Shown here piece by piece: positions 27,785 to 37,072 of a DNA stretch of 54,448 nt. This DNA is from a virus. Taxonomy: Duplodnaviria; Caudoviricetes. Location of the stretch: positions 1 to 54,448 of the IMG/VR virus record IMGVR_UViG_3300017978_000048, one strand, 5' to 3'. The notes under the pieces are model-generated. The model did not search any database. It was given only the letters and a program-made list of their open reading frames with translations, and was not told where the DNA came from. Made by a program: the position numbers and the translations under genes. How positions within the stretch are numbered: the first letter of the stretch is position 1; each line of letters begins with the position of its first letter.

Positions 27785-27916
27785 TTGATTAAATTCTACC
27801 ACCCGAAGCATGGTAGGTGCTGGTTACTTTCTCCAGCGCACACTGACGGGGTGCAGTCTTATTCATCCGGACGCCTGTTCGCGTAACGTCAAACGCTCCC
27901 AAGGTAGGGACACAAG

Positions 27917-27924
27917 TATTTATT
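27917..27924 (-). promoter_or_regulatory. Late-promoter variant AATAAATA upstream of the hsp20 leader
   Basis: Overlaps the regA stop codon; defines a ~150-nt structured leader. Confidence 0.5.
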
Positions 27925-28351
27925 CCGCTTGTGGGCGAATTTTCTTACCAATGTTATATTTTGCCACCAGATTCCAGTCTTGTTTTTCCTTGAAGGAAAC
28001 GACTTTAATCTGAGACAAAGAAGCCTTGTTATCTGCTTTGGTCGCCGTAACGATCTTTAGCAAATCCCAGTCTTGAAGTAGAGAAGCAATAGCATTTCTA
28101 CGCTCAATATCTGAGGCTGTAATATTTGAATCCTTGCCATCTAGGGCAAACAATTCCTTGAAGTGAACAATGAAGTAACGTCCTTGCTTATGTAAAATAT
28201 GGCAAGACTGATACAGTGTGTTCTCTTTCTTAGACGCAATACCGATACGAGTAAGAGTTTCGCGAACCTTCAAAAAGTTATCTGGTTCAGAGAGCGTAAC
28301 CTCTAGCATAGAATCGGGTGTCCAGTCGTAGTAAATCATTTCGACAGTCAT
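27920..28351 (-). CDS. regA: Translational repressor RegA
   Basis: FLKVRETLTRIGIAS and LYQSCHILHKQGRYFIVHFKELF motifs. Confidence 0.97.
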   Translation of the reverse strand: MTVEMIYYDWTPDSMLEVTLSEPDNFLKVRETLTRIGIASKKENTLYQSCHILHKQGRYFIVHFKELFALDGKDSNITASDIERRNAIASLLQDWDLLKIVTATKADNKASLSQIKVVSFKEKQDWNLVAKYNIGKKIRPQAE

Positions 28352-28728
28352 TATCTTCCACCTTTATTTAATTTTTCTTCTATAAGTTTCAATTGTTCTG
28401 CCGATAAAAGCTCAAGAGCCTCGGCAGCCTTTTCACTGGAATACCCGTAATATTCCTGTACTAGAAGTAACTTATCAGAGGCTGTTTCTTTTTTAGCCCA
28501 TTTACTGAAACGTTTCTTCTTAGCGATACTATTTAGTAGAAACTGAAATTGCCATTCCTTGGGGATAGCACTATGAATATTCATAGCGTTAGCCTGATGA
28601 ACGGTATCGTGGAAGTAAGACAAACCCCTGTTTACCAAAAATGGTGCATAGTCTTTGTCGTTCTGAAGGTCTTTAAATAGATTCTCTTTCGTCAGGTTAA
28701 TAGCATTAATGAAGTCAAATGGGCTCAT
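28351..28728 (-). CDS. 62: Clamp loader small subunit gp62
   Basis: Y.PFLVNRGLSY and KKKRFSKWAK...YYGYS motifs; position before regA. Confidence 0.9.
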   Translation of the reverse strand: MSPFDFINAINLTKENLFKDLQNDKDYAPFLVNRGLSYFHDTVHQANAMNIHSAIPKEWQFQFLLNSIAKKKRFSKWAKKETASDKLLLVQEYYGYSSEKAAEALELLSAEQLKLIEEKLNKGGR

Positions 28729-29039
28729 AACTTGATACCAACTTCGTCTAGGTTCTCATCGGTTACCACGAAGGTCTTTCCTGGGAACTTCTCAGCGAGG
28801 ATTTCGTCCAGAGCTGTGAACGATTCGCCTTGTCCCAAGAACTTATCAGTATCAAAATCATAAGCGTACAGAACTTCTTTTTCTTTCTCTAGGCGAATGC
28901 GCATAGAGTTAGCTTGAACGTTCTGTTTGATTTCTTCACGGAGTGATTCGATTTTATTCACGGCGACTTGCTCGCGAGCATACCAGCCAATCGCGACACC
29001 AACGAACATAACAAAAACTAATGACAAGATTTCACTCAT
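28725..29039 (-). CDS. Small membrane-anchored hypothetical protein inserted between gp44 and gp62
   Basis: N-terminal hydrophobic helix. Confidence 0.6.
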   Translation of the reverse strand: MSEILSLVFVMFVGVAIGWYAREQVAVNKIESLREEIKQNVQANSMRIRLEKEKEVLYAYDFDTDKFLGQGESFTALDEILAEKFPGKTFVVTDENLDEVGIKL

Positions 29040-29046
29040 ATCAACC

Positions 29047-30000
29047 TCACTTGAACTTACATTGAACCATAACTTCGGTCATAGCAGCCATGATGTTCAA
29101 TTCATGGTCAGCGACGAAAGCAGCCTTATACTGATACTCAGCCAGAATCAAAATCAGATTCGGGATAGTAGAGGCTTCGACATAGTCGTTGGCGTTATCG
29201 TACAAGTCGCGGAACAACGCAGTTGTATCGGCGTCAGAGTTCTTAGCGACCCACTTACGAACTTCGGTGAAGTTACGCTCCTTCATATTATTGATCAGGT
29301 CTTTGAACGAGTCTTGAGACAAGTTAATCAGAATACCTGAGTCAATCTTACCAGACACCGAGTAGCGTTGAAGTTCGTTCAACACACGACGCCAGTCAGG
29401 GAAGTGCTTAGTGACAAGTTCAGCTACAACCTTTGGATCAAACTCCACGCCTTCTTGTTTAAGAATTTGTGTGGCACGTTTGAAGAACTGTGCAGCTAGG
29501 GTTTGTTTGTCTTTACCTTCGATCTTGAACTCAACCACGGCGCAACGGCTGTGAAGTGGCTCAATGATTTTGTTTTTGTAGTTACATGTAAAGATGAAGC
29601 GGCAGTTAGCACTGAACTCTTCCATGTAGTTACGAAGCGCAGGTTGTGTAGAGTTGGCTTGAAGGTAATCAGCCTCATCAAGGATAACAACCTTCTTAGA
29701 GTCAGTAAGCGATACGGTTGTAGCAAAGCCTTTGATCACAGTACGCAGCGTGTCGATATGACCGCCTGTATCTGAACCGTTCAGGATAATGTATTCAGCA
29801 CCGATTTCGTTACATAGGGCTTTGGCGATAGTGGTCTTACCAACGCCAGCTGTACCACACAAAAGCATATGTGGAAGTTGACCTTGAGCAACGTAATCCT
29901 TAAATGTCTGCTTCAGGTTAGCAGGAAGGATACACTCATCAATAGTTTTAGGACGGTATTTTTCAACCCACAAGAACTGGTTATCGTTCGATTCAATCAT
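29047..30000 (-). CDS. 44: Clamp loader large subunit gp44
   Basis: LWVEKYRP, GTAGVGKTT, DEAD and SRC motifs. Confidence 0.96.
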   Translation of the reverse strand: MIESNDNQFLWVEKYRPKTIDECILPANLKQTFKDYVAQGQLPHMLLCGTAGVGKTTIAKALCNEIGAEYIILNGSDTGGHIDTLRTVIKGFATTVSLTDSKKVVILDEADYLQANSTQPALRNYMEEFSANCRFIFTCNYKNKIIEPLHSRCAVVEFKIEGKDKQTLAAQFFKRATQILKQEGVEFDPKVVAELVTKHFPDWRRVLNELQRYSVSGKIDSGILINLSQDSFKDLINNMKERNFTEVRKWVAKNSDADTTALFRDLYDNANDYVEASTIPNLILILAEYQYKAAFVADHELNIMAAMTEVMVQCKFK

Positions 30001-30014
30001 AATATCTCCATAAT

Positions 30015-30063
30015 GAAAAAGAGGGAATAGAGTAATTATAACCCTATTCCCTCAGAAAGTCAA
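30015..30063 (-). promoter_or_regulatory. Sigma70 promoter (30035-30063) overlapping a terminator hairpin (30021-30053)
   Basis: TTGACT-17-TATAAT; GAGGGAATAG...CTATTCCCTC-TTTTT with the -10 box in the loop. Confidence 0.7.
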
Positions 30064-30069
30064 CTCAAG

Positions 30070-30735
30070 TTAGACGTCGAAAGAAGAGTCGGCTTCAACG
30101 GCAACGTAGTAAACCAAATCGGTTTGTGTTGTAGACTTGAAGCGGGAAATCTTCTTGCTAGATACGCTAACAGCGTAATCGCCAGGAATCATCTTCAAGT
30201 TTTCAACCTTCAAGTTCACCTTGAAAGTCTTATCAGTCTCACCGACTGGCTCTTGGAAAGAGTTACCAGTTGTGTTCTTCTTATCACCAACGACAAGAGT
30301 AATCTTACCATCAGAACCAACGATGGATACGTCTGACGCACGAAGCACTGAAGCTGTACGTTGGATCATAGTCAACATCTGGTTAGTCAGGTCAAAGTTC
30401 ACTTCAGCGTCTGCTGGGAAAGTGATAGCCTTTGTTGGAGCAGTAAGCACTGAAGCGTCAGCGGCAAAATACTTGATGCTCATATTACCTTGGGTAATCT
30501 TACACACTTTGTCAGTGAATGTCAATTCTGGATCATCGAACAAACTCATAGCGCCCAAGAACTCATTGAGGTCATAGATGCCGAAGTCTGGGAATGTCTC
30601 AGTCACGGTCACATCAGCCATCACGTTCTTCTGAGCGGAAATGGTTGACAATTTAGTACCCTGCTTCAAAAGAAGGTTGCTGTTAATGCCAGCGAAGTTC
30701 TTAAAAAGGGCGAGGGTATCTTTAGATAATTTCAT
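30070..30735 (-). CDS. 45: Sliding clamp gp45
   Basis: MKLSKDTL..KNFAGIN, FGIYDLNEFL, YYVAVE motifs. Confidence 0.96.
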   Translation of the reverse strand: MKLSKDTLALFKNFAGINSNLLLKQGTKLSTISAQKNVMADVTVTETFPDFGIYDLNEFLGAMSLFDDPELTFTDKVCKITQGNMSIKYFAADASVLTAPTKAITFPADAEVNFDLTNQMLTMIQRTASVLRASDVSIVGSDGKITLVVGDKKNTTGNSFQEPVGETDKTFKVNLKVENLKMIPGDYAVSVSSKKISRFKSTTQTDLVYYVAVEADSSFDV

Positions 30736-30776
30736 ATTTTCTCCTAATCAAAATGTATCATTACTATATAGAATCA

Positions 30777-30805
30777 ATTATGCCTTAAAATCGCTTCCAA
30801 GGCAA
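30777..30805 (-). promoter_or_regulatory. Sigma70-like promoter for gp45
   Basis: TTGCCT-17-CATAAT within a short inverted repeat. Confidence 0.5.
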
Positions 30806-30811
30806 ATTTAT

Positions 30812-31423
30812 TTACCAGTCCGAGCTTACCGAACTAGACGAATCTGACGAACTCCAAGAAGAGGAAGAATCGCTAGAACTTGACGAATACGAACTAGATG
30901 TATCCATCGAACTGGAGATTGACTTGCGAGAATCGCTGTCGTCAAAACCCCAAGAACTTTCAGACTTACTTACACCAACGCTGCGTTCTTCACGAACAGG
31001 TTCAGAACGACTATTATCATTCCAGTGATGGATAGTGTTAGCGATCATAGCTACATCGGCGATATCGCTAAGAATGTTAGACGATTGAACCGATTGTGTA
31101 GGCGATGGAGTATAAGTCACTGTCGTCTCTTTACCACGAGGTGGTACAGTAGACTCTTCACGCTTCACGAAGGTACGCTTCTTACGAGGCACTGAGAATG
31201 TTTCTTCCAAGTGAGCCTGAGCCAAACTTTTACGAGCCTCATCAGCTTGGCGGCGAAGCTTCTCGCGCTCACGGGTATCCGTTGCACGGGCTTCTGCGAT
31301 AGCTTGTTGGCGTTTCAGCTCGGCTTCAACTTTAGCGTTATGAGCCTTAATCATACTTCGGATAAACAAACCTGTAATGCAACAGGCGACGAAGAAGATA
31401 ATAATTGCTAGGATATCGTCCAT
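30812..31423 (-). CDS. Membrane-anchored protein with Ser/Asp-rich C-terminal tail
   Basis: N-terminal TM helix, coiled coil, SSSSDSSSSWSSSDSSSSVSSDW tail. Confidence 0.7.
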   Translation of the reverse strand: MDDILAIIIFFVACCITGLFIRSMIKAHNAKVEAELKRQQAIAEARATDTREREKLRRQADEARKSLAQAHLEETFSVPRKKRTFVKREESTVPPRGKETTVTYTPSPTQSVQSSNILSDIADVAMIANTIHHWNDNSRSEPVREERSVGVSKSESSWGFDDSDSRKSISSSMDTSSSYSSSSSDSSSSWSSSDSSSSVSSDW

Positions 31424-31424
31424 A

Positions 31425-32237
31425 TTACTTACCCACGTTCAACACAGGAGATGGACCACCAAGAACCAGAGTACCACCTTTGAAGTTAGCGATACCTTGA
31501 GCTTGAATCTTAGCAGCTTCAGAGTAGTTCATACGAGCTTGAGCGTCCATGTATTGGATAGCGCCAGCGTTAGCATTCAAAGCAGCGATACGTTCAGCTT
31601 CTTTCTTGGCAGTTTGCACTTCAACTTCTTTTTGCTTGAAGGCGTTCTTAGCACGAACCAATTCGTTAGCAGAGGCTACGATTGAGTCAGCGGGAATAAC
31701 GCTACGAACCAGAACCTGAGACACGGTGATCATACCGTCCAGCTTTTCGTCTTTGAGAGTTTCAATCAAAGTCGCACGGATATCAGCTTCCATAGCTTGA
31801 CGGTTATCAGCCATTACAAGGGCTTCGTGCTTACGAGCGGCTTTGTATGACGCATTACGAGCAGCGTTGAAGATGTAGTTAAACATCAGGTATGTGTCGC
31901 CATCGTGCAAGGCGTGGAACGATTTGTTTTTAGTGTTATACAAATCGGACACAGAGGCTTGATTGATGTTATAGATAACAGTCAAGTCAAAGTCTTTCAT
32001 GGTGCTGTTATCAGCAGCCAATGGATTCAAGTCGTCGATCTTAACAGCCACATCTTTGATGGGGAATGTCAGAACTTCACCGACCAATGTTTGGTTAAAA
32101 GAACCTGGCAACAGTTCGTTACCGCTCACCTGTTTATCGAAACCTTTACGAAGACCAACTTCGCCAGTTTCAATACGAGTACAGCCAGTCATAAGAACTG
32201 CAGCTGCCAAAATTGCCATAGAGACAAAACGTTTCAT
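31425..32237 (-). CDS. SPFH/prohibitin (band 7) domain lipoprotein
   Basis: LMTGC lipobox, I.TGEVG and SPFH-type core, C-terminal AKKEAE coiled coil. Confidence 0.85.
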   Translation of the reverse strand: MKRFVSMAILAAAVLMTGCTRIETGEVGLRKGFDKQVSGNELLPGSFNQTLVGEVLTFPIKDVAVKIDDLNPLAADNSTMKDFDLTVIYNINQASVSDLYNTKNKSFHALHDGDTYLMFNYIFNAARNASYKAARKHEALVMADNRQAMEADIRATLIETLKDEKLDGMITVSQVLVRSVIPADSIVASANELVRAKNAFKQKEVEVQTAKKEAERIAALNANAGAIQYMDAQARMNYSEAAKIQAQGIANFKGGTLVLGGPSPVLNVGK

Positions 32238-32246
32238 GATATATCC

Positions 32247-32423
32247 TTAAAATATGTAAACAATACCAACCAACAACCACAAAGCAACAGCGGCAGTCAT
32301 TAGACCATAACCACCAGCTTTGATAAAATCAACCTTATCTGAACGGGTTGCGTGCCAGAAAAGACTGATACCGAAGAACACAATAGCCCATACGGCTAGG
32401 AACGCTAAGATACCACGTATCAT
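32247..32423 (-). CDS. 58-aa two-TM membrane protein (not in ORF track)
   Basis: Manual translation MIRGILAFLAVWAIVFFGISLFWHATRSDKVDFIKAGGYGLMTAAVALWLLVGIVYIF; ATGA overlap with the upstream gene. Confidence 0.7.
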   Translation of the reverse strand: MIRGILAFLAVWAIVFFGISLFWHATRSDKVDFIKAGGYGLMTAAVALWLLVGIVYIF

Positions 32424-32737
32424 TTTGAATCCTTACTATACTTGACGTCATGTTCATACAAGAAAGCCAAACAACACATAGCGTGAGCCAAGTGATGAAT
32501 ACCAGATTCAGGGTCAACTTGTTCACCCATTTTCCAAGCCCACACATGACGCTCCATTGCAGCAAAGTAACGTCGCTTGGAATCAGGAACCAGTTGCCAA
32601 TTATCAGGCGCATACTTTTGCGCACCAAACGTCAGAACCTTGACCATCTCTGCTTGAGCTAGAGGTGGAATTAAATCGTAACGAAGTTTATCGTTATCAA
32701 ACTTGCGCCCATCGGGTGCTTCTTTTTTAGTAGCCAT
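32420..32737 (-). CDS. dATP/dGTP diphosphohydrolase-domain protein
   Basis: GRKFD..KLRYDLIP, GAQKY..DNW and DPESG.HHLAHA motifs. Confidence 0.85.
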   Translation of the reverse strand: MATKKEAPDGRKFDNDKLRYDLIPPLAQAEMVKVLTFGAQKYAPDNWQLVPDSKRRYFAAMERHVWAWKMGEQVDPESGIHHLAHAMCCLAFLYEHDVKYSKDSK

Positions 32738-32790
32738 ATTCTCTCCAATGAAAATACATAAGGGTGCTGGGACACCCTTATATGTTTCAC

Positions 32791-33048
32791 TTATCGTGTG
32801 AAAGCAGAGGCACCCATTACGGATTGAGCCAAGGCAACCATGTTACGGCTTGGTTTGCCGATACGGAACTTAGTACCGTCAGTGCCGTCAGACAAGACAA
32901 CCTTGTTAGCGTACACGCAGTGACCTTGCTCACGCAAGTAGTTCACAGCACGACTGGCGTTCTTAATACCGAAAGTGCCAGTGATTTGTTTTGCAGTCAC
33001 TTCGTGACCGTTTTTCAAGTGATTCAACAGGTTAGTGTGTTTAGACAT
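32791..33048 (-). CDS. Small winged-HTH DNA-binding protein
   Basis: LLNHLKNG.EVTAKQI...FGI.N....V..LREQG; start at the GGAGAG RBS. Confidence 0.65.
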   Translation of the reverse strand: MSKHTNLLNHLKNGHEVTAKQITGTFGIKNASRAVNYLREQGHCVYANKVVLSDGTDGTKFRIGKPSRNMVALAQSVMGASAFTR

Positions 33049-33114
33049 AAACTCTCCATTATATACCATCATGATGAAAAGCAAAGAGGTGATGGTGATC
33101 CCTCTCTGCTTGGA

Positions 33115-33597
33115 TTAAACTTCGATGCCGTTTTCGCGGAGGATAGCGTTGAAGTCTTCAACGTCCTCATCGTAGGCTGCTGATTCGTCGATGATTTGCA
33201 CCAGTCGAGAACCTTTGAGCGGAGTGTCGGCTTTTTCAGCGACAGGTTTTGTTTTAGGTGCAGCTTTGGCTTTAGCCAGCTTAGCAACCTTGACCTTGGC
33301 TTTGACCACGGGGCTGGCTGTCTTAACAGTCAATGCTTTGGCAAAGTCGGACAATTCCGATGCGGTCGGAACGGGAAGTTGGTACATACCACGTTCGATT
33401 TTATTGGCTTTGAACAGCCAGTTAGGATAACCAATCTTTTCACCCTTAACACCTTCACGTTGTTCGCGAAGAGCGTCATAGATAGCGCCACACTCTTTGA
33501 GTGTAATCTTAGCTGTCTTTTTCAGAGCAGGGGTATGCTCGATGACGGCAACGATGAAGCGTTTTTGGGCGAGGGTCAGGTCAGAGAATTTCAACAT
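33115..33597 (-). CDS. Early hypothetical protein with Lys/Ala-rich linker
   Basis: AAAGGA RBS before MLKFSDL; follows a consensus promoter. Confidence 0.65.
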   Translation of the reverse strand: MLKFSDLTLAQKRFIVAVIEHTPALKKTAKITLKECGAIYDALREQREGVKGEKIGYPNWLFKANKIERGMYQLPVPTASELSDFAKALTVKTASPVVKAKVKVAKLAKAKAAPKTKPVAEKADTPLKGSRLVQIIDESAAYDEDVEDFNAILRENGIEV

Positions 33598-33649
33598 AAT
33601 AAAGTCCTTTTCAAAGTTTTTCAACATAGCTTTCTCTAGCTATACAAGT

Positions 33650-33678
33650 ATTATACTTGAATTTGGAATTAAAGTCAA
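33650..33678 (-). promoter_or_regulatory. Sigma70-type early promoter
   Basis: TTGACT-17-TATAAT. Confidence 0.85.
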
Positions 33679-33722
33679 GCATTTTCTACAAGTTTCTTGA
33701 AGTAAACCGAAAGGTTTACTTT

Positions 33723-34859
33723 TTAGAACGGCACTTCCGTGTCTTCCACGGTTGGCGTCAGGTATGCTTTGGCTGGAGCTTGTTCAGCAACAGGATTCGC
33801 CACATTGTCATACAATCGCATGAAGGCTTCCTTAGTAGCCGAGTCGAATCGGTTACAGCACAATTCAACGGCTTTTTCACGCTTCTTGAAAATAGCGAAG
33901 GCGCGAACGATGTGAGTCATACGACGAGTTGTAATAGTTTCGTCGACGCCACCGTCATCGAAAGTCTTACGGATAGCATCAGCCCACTTAACCAAAGTCT
34001 CAGAGAACTCTTCATCGGCGCAACCGTAGTGCTCCATCAGATTGGAGATAATCTTACCTTCGATTTTAGCCGATGGATATTCTTGGTTGAATGTTACAGC
34101 GAAACGCTCCAAGAAGGCTTCGTTCAGAATGTTAGTGCCGATGTAACGACCGTCGTCTGAACCTTTACCTTTGGTGTTAGCTGTGGCAAGAATATTAAAG
34201 CCTGCAGCTGGAACGATGATTTCGTTCTTCAGTTTGAAGTAGTATGGCTTGCCTTCAAGAATAGGTTGGAGACACAATAGAGTGTTAGCAGCGCCAGCGT
34301 CAATTTCGTCCAACAGTAAAGTACAACCTGTACGCATGGCGATAAGAACTGGTCCTTCAACAATCTCAACGTTGCCGTCTTCCAGAGTCTTGGAACCGAT
34401 CAACTGCTCTTCGTCAGTCATCATGTTCAAGTTTACACGGATGAGAGCCTTCTTATGCTTGGCGCAAATCTGTTCAACCATCGTGGACTTACCGTTACCA
34501 GTTGGACCAGAGATGTAGACTGGATAGAAAATACCAGACTTGATAATGTTCTCAACATCAGCGTGGTTACCGAATGGAACATAGTTAGGATCCTTCTTAG
34601 GAACCAGCGATGTAGTGTCTTCCAAAACAACTTCTTTCTGTTTAGTTTCGGCGACTTCACCTTGGGGTGCGCCACCATCAATGGCGTACAAGCCACGGTC
34701 TAGTTTAGTCTTCATATGCCACATTGGCCATTTAGCTGTACCAAGGGTTTCCATAACAGACACAATCTGTTGACGGGAAACTTGACCCGTCTGGTAAACC
34801 TCAGGGTACATCTCGTTGAGTTTAGAGTCGAACGACTCGCGAAATTCTGTATTACTCAT
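33723..34859 (-). CDS. MoxR/CobS-like AAA+ ATPase
   Basis: GPTGNGKS, LLDEID, ATANTKG.G and NEAFLERF motifs. Confidence 0.9.
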   Translation of the reverse strand: MSNTEFRESFDSKLNEMYPEVYQTGQVSRQQIVSVMETLGTAKWPMWHMKTKLDRGLYAIDGGAPQGEVAETKQKEVVLEDTTSLVPKKDPNYVPFGNHADVENIIKSGIFYPVYISGPTGNGKSTMVEQICAKHKKALIRVNLNMMTDEEQLIGSKTLEDGNVEIVEGPVLIAMRTGCTLLLDEIDAGAANTLLCLQPILEGKPYYFKLKNEIIVPAAGFNILATANTKGKGSDDGRYIGTNILNEAFLERFAVTFNQEYPSAKIEGKIISNLMEHYGCADEEFSETLVKWADAIRKTFDDGGVDETITTRRMTHIVRAFAIFKKREKAVELCCNRFDSATKEAFMRLYDNVANPVAEQAPAKAYLTPTVEDTEVPF

Positions 34860-34883
34860 CACAATCTCCATAACAATAAATCA

Positions 34884-34912
34884 ATTATACCTGACTTCTT
34901 AATAAAAGTCAA
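34884..34912 (-). promoter_or_regulatory. Sigma70-type early promoter
   Basis: TTGACT-17-TATAAT. Confidence 0.85.
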
Positions 34913-37047
34913 GCCACGTAGTCAATGAACTTGGAAAGTAAAATCCGACTTGTCTTCTTAGTATTCAGATATTTTCCAAGGTTGCGAGACAAAGCTCGAG
35001 AGTTCATATCGGCGGTCACTTCAAGAGTACCTTCGTCAATCTGAGTAGCTTCAGCTGGAACAATAAACAAGTCATCACGACCGCTACCGTGTAGCGAATA
35101 GAAGCCTTTGTCTTTGAAGTCTTTGCGCATGATATCAATCATATCAGAGACGTCACCTCTAAACGCAGAAAGGTTATCCTTGACAGCTGAACCCAAAGCA
35201 TACTTGCGGTTTTGACAGATATAGAAACCAACAACCTTACAGCCGTGGCGGTCTTTAATCATCTTGAGGATTGATTCGGTTTGTTGTTCGATATCAATTG
35301 GATATGACTTCTTAGTTACATCATCACGTACCAAGTGACGCATATTAACCATCTTACCGTTCACATAGTTTCGCTTGGGTAGACTCATCGTTGAATTTAG
35401 ATGAGAGCCAGCGCCGTCAGACAGAGTAATGAAGTTCATCTTCTCGATACGGTTTTCGCGCATGTAGTAACCAAGGTTATGGTAAACCCACACAAGGGCT
35501 TCGTTCAAAGGTGTGCCACCTAGATCGTAACCTTTGTTCCAAAAGAATCGCTTATCCATAACACGTTTGATCATGGTATTAAATTCCGACATGGACATAC
35601 GGTTACTGAACAACTCCAACAAGTGGAAACCACGCCATGTAACCATTTGACCTTCAGTCATGCTGCGCATTCTATAATCAGTATCGCTGACCATACTGCG
35701 CTCAGCAGTGTCTAGTGGGTACTGAGAAGTGAAAGCCAGAACACGGTATGGAATTTGAACCTTGTTACAGAACATAGCCAAGTTGATAACCTGTTTCAGA
35801 GTATCCTCAATAACTGTGTCCATGGAACCAGACCAATCCAAGAGGAATAGCATACCGTGGTTCTTACCATCGGGTAATACAGTTACACGTTTGAACAGGT
35901 CATCCTTCAGTTTGTAACCCCAAACCTTCTTCATATCCAATGAACCCAACTTAGCTTGATGAGCACGTTTGAGTTGAGTGGCAGACTTCTTCATCTCGAA
36001 TTCTTTTACAAGATAGTTCACGGCTGAAGTTGAATCAGTTTTAAACTTATTGACTTCTTCGATCAGACGTTTCTGGTATGCTTGTTTATCGGATGGCATT
36101 GTACCACCGTAGATGCGGCGCTGGTAATATTCAGCAAGCTGCATCTCTTCCAGCTTAGAAGATTCTTTCAGGATGCGTTGGAACGGTACAACTGGATCGT
36201 ATGGAATACAGTTAGGCATCTTGTGGTAGATGTACTGTGTACTTTGATCAGCCAAAGTTTCGAGTTTGTTATTGAAGTTACGTTCAGTCTTAGACTCAAG
36301 TTGTTCGTCAATGTCTTGCTCTTTACCACCCGTGTCACCGCCAGCAGGCTTCTTACCTTCTTCTTGGTCACCGTCCCAATCATCGTCGGATTGGGGTGTG
36401 TTTGGATCAGCGCTAGTTGGTTCACCTTCGTCTTCGTCTGAAGAGTCGCTCTTAGGTTTACTAGCTTGTTCTTCTTGCTTTTGTTTCTTCTTCTTTTCGG
36501 CTTGCTCTTTGGACCAGTCGTAAATTTCTTGAGCAAGTTCAATAACGTCTTCGATGGTCTCTGTACGTTCGGCACGTGTAACAAAGTGCTTTTCGTCTGA
36601 GTCAAACTTGACACCGCATTGATAGCCAGCCTTGAAGTACAAGTTCATCTTGTCGATCAAGTTAAGTGTTTCAAGGGGAAGTTGTTTAACGCCGAAGAAG
36701 TCTCGGTCGTTGAGTTGCTTGTAGCCTTCGTTCATGCGCTTGCGCAATCCTGGGTACTTACGTTTGATCAGCTTCTCAATACGAACGTCTTCGATGACGT
36801 TGAGATATGACATGATTTTTGGGTTAGCCTCGATGGGCTTAACATAGTCTTCGCCTGTGTACAAGGCGTGTGCGACTTCGTGACCTACAAGCATGTCCTC
36901 GATCTCGGGAGTCATGTCTTTCCAAATAGGCAGAGTCAATACACGTGACTGAATATCGAACGAAGCCGTGGGCACTGCGGAACGTACCACGGTCAGGTTC
37001 TCAGTGGCTAGAAGTCTAGCCGATAGATCGGTTGCTTGAATTTCCAT
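34909..37047 (-). CDS. CobT-like protein: HExxH metallopeptidase-like domain + vWA domain
   Basis: GHEVAHAL, N..ED.RIE; acidic linker; DWSGS MIDAS, GGTP, LSDG. Confidence 0.85.
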   Translation of the reverse strand: MEIQATDLSARLLATENLTVVRSAVPTASFDIQSRVLTLPIWKDMTPEIEDMLVGHEVAHALYTGEDYVKPIEANPKIMSYLNVIEDVRIEKLIKRKYPGLRKRMNEGYKQLNDRDFFGVKQLPLETLNLIDKMNLYFKAGYQCGVKFDSDEKHFVTRAERTETIEDVIELAQEIYDWSKEQAEKKKKQKQEEQASKPKSDSSDEDEGEPTSADPNTPQSDDDWDGDQEEGKKPAGGDTGGKEQDIDEQLESKTERNFNNKLETLADQSTQYIYHKMPNCIPYDPVVPFQRILKESSKLEEMQLAEYYQRRIYGGTMPSDKQAYQKRLIEEVNKFKTDSTSAVNYLVKEFEMKKSATQLKRAHQAKLGSLDMKKVWGYKLKDDLFKRVTVLPDGKNHGMLFLLDWSGSMDTVIEDTLKQVINLAMFCNKVQIPYRVLAFTSQYPLDTAERSMVSDTDYRMRSMTEGQMVTWRGFHLLELFSNRMSMSEFNTMIKRVMDKRFFWNKGYDLGGTPLNEALVWVYHNLGYYMRENRIEKMNFITLSDGAGSHLNSTMSLPKRNYVNGKMVNMRHLVRDDVTKKSYPIDIEQQTESILKMIKDRHGCKVVGFYICQNRKYALGSAVKDNLSAFRGDVSDMIDIMRKDFKDKGFYSLHGSGRDDLFIVPAEATQIDEGTLEVTADMNSRALSRNLGKYLNTKKTSRILLSKFIDYVA

Positions 37048-37072
37048 CACAGTTCCATTTACAATATACTCA

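Noticed and set aside
27765-27916. Possible tRNA in the structured regA-hsp20 gap
   Set aside because: No cloverleaf with acceptor stem, T-loop GTTCRA or CCA end; better explained as a 5' leader.
33723-37047. Cobalamin biosynthesis (cobS/cobT) as an auxiliary metabolic function
   Set aside because: The motifs only support a generic MoxR AAA+/vWA pair; no CobN or other cob genes are in the window.
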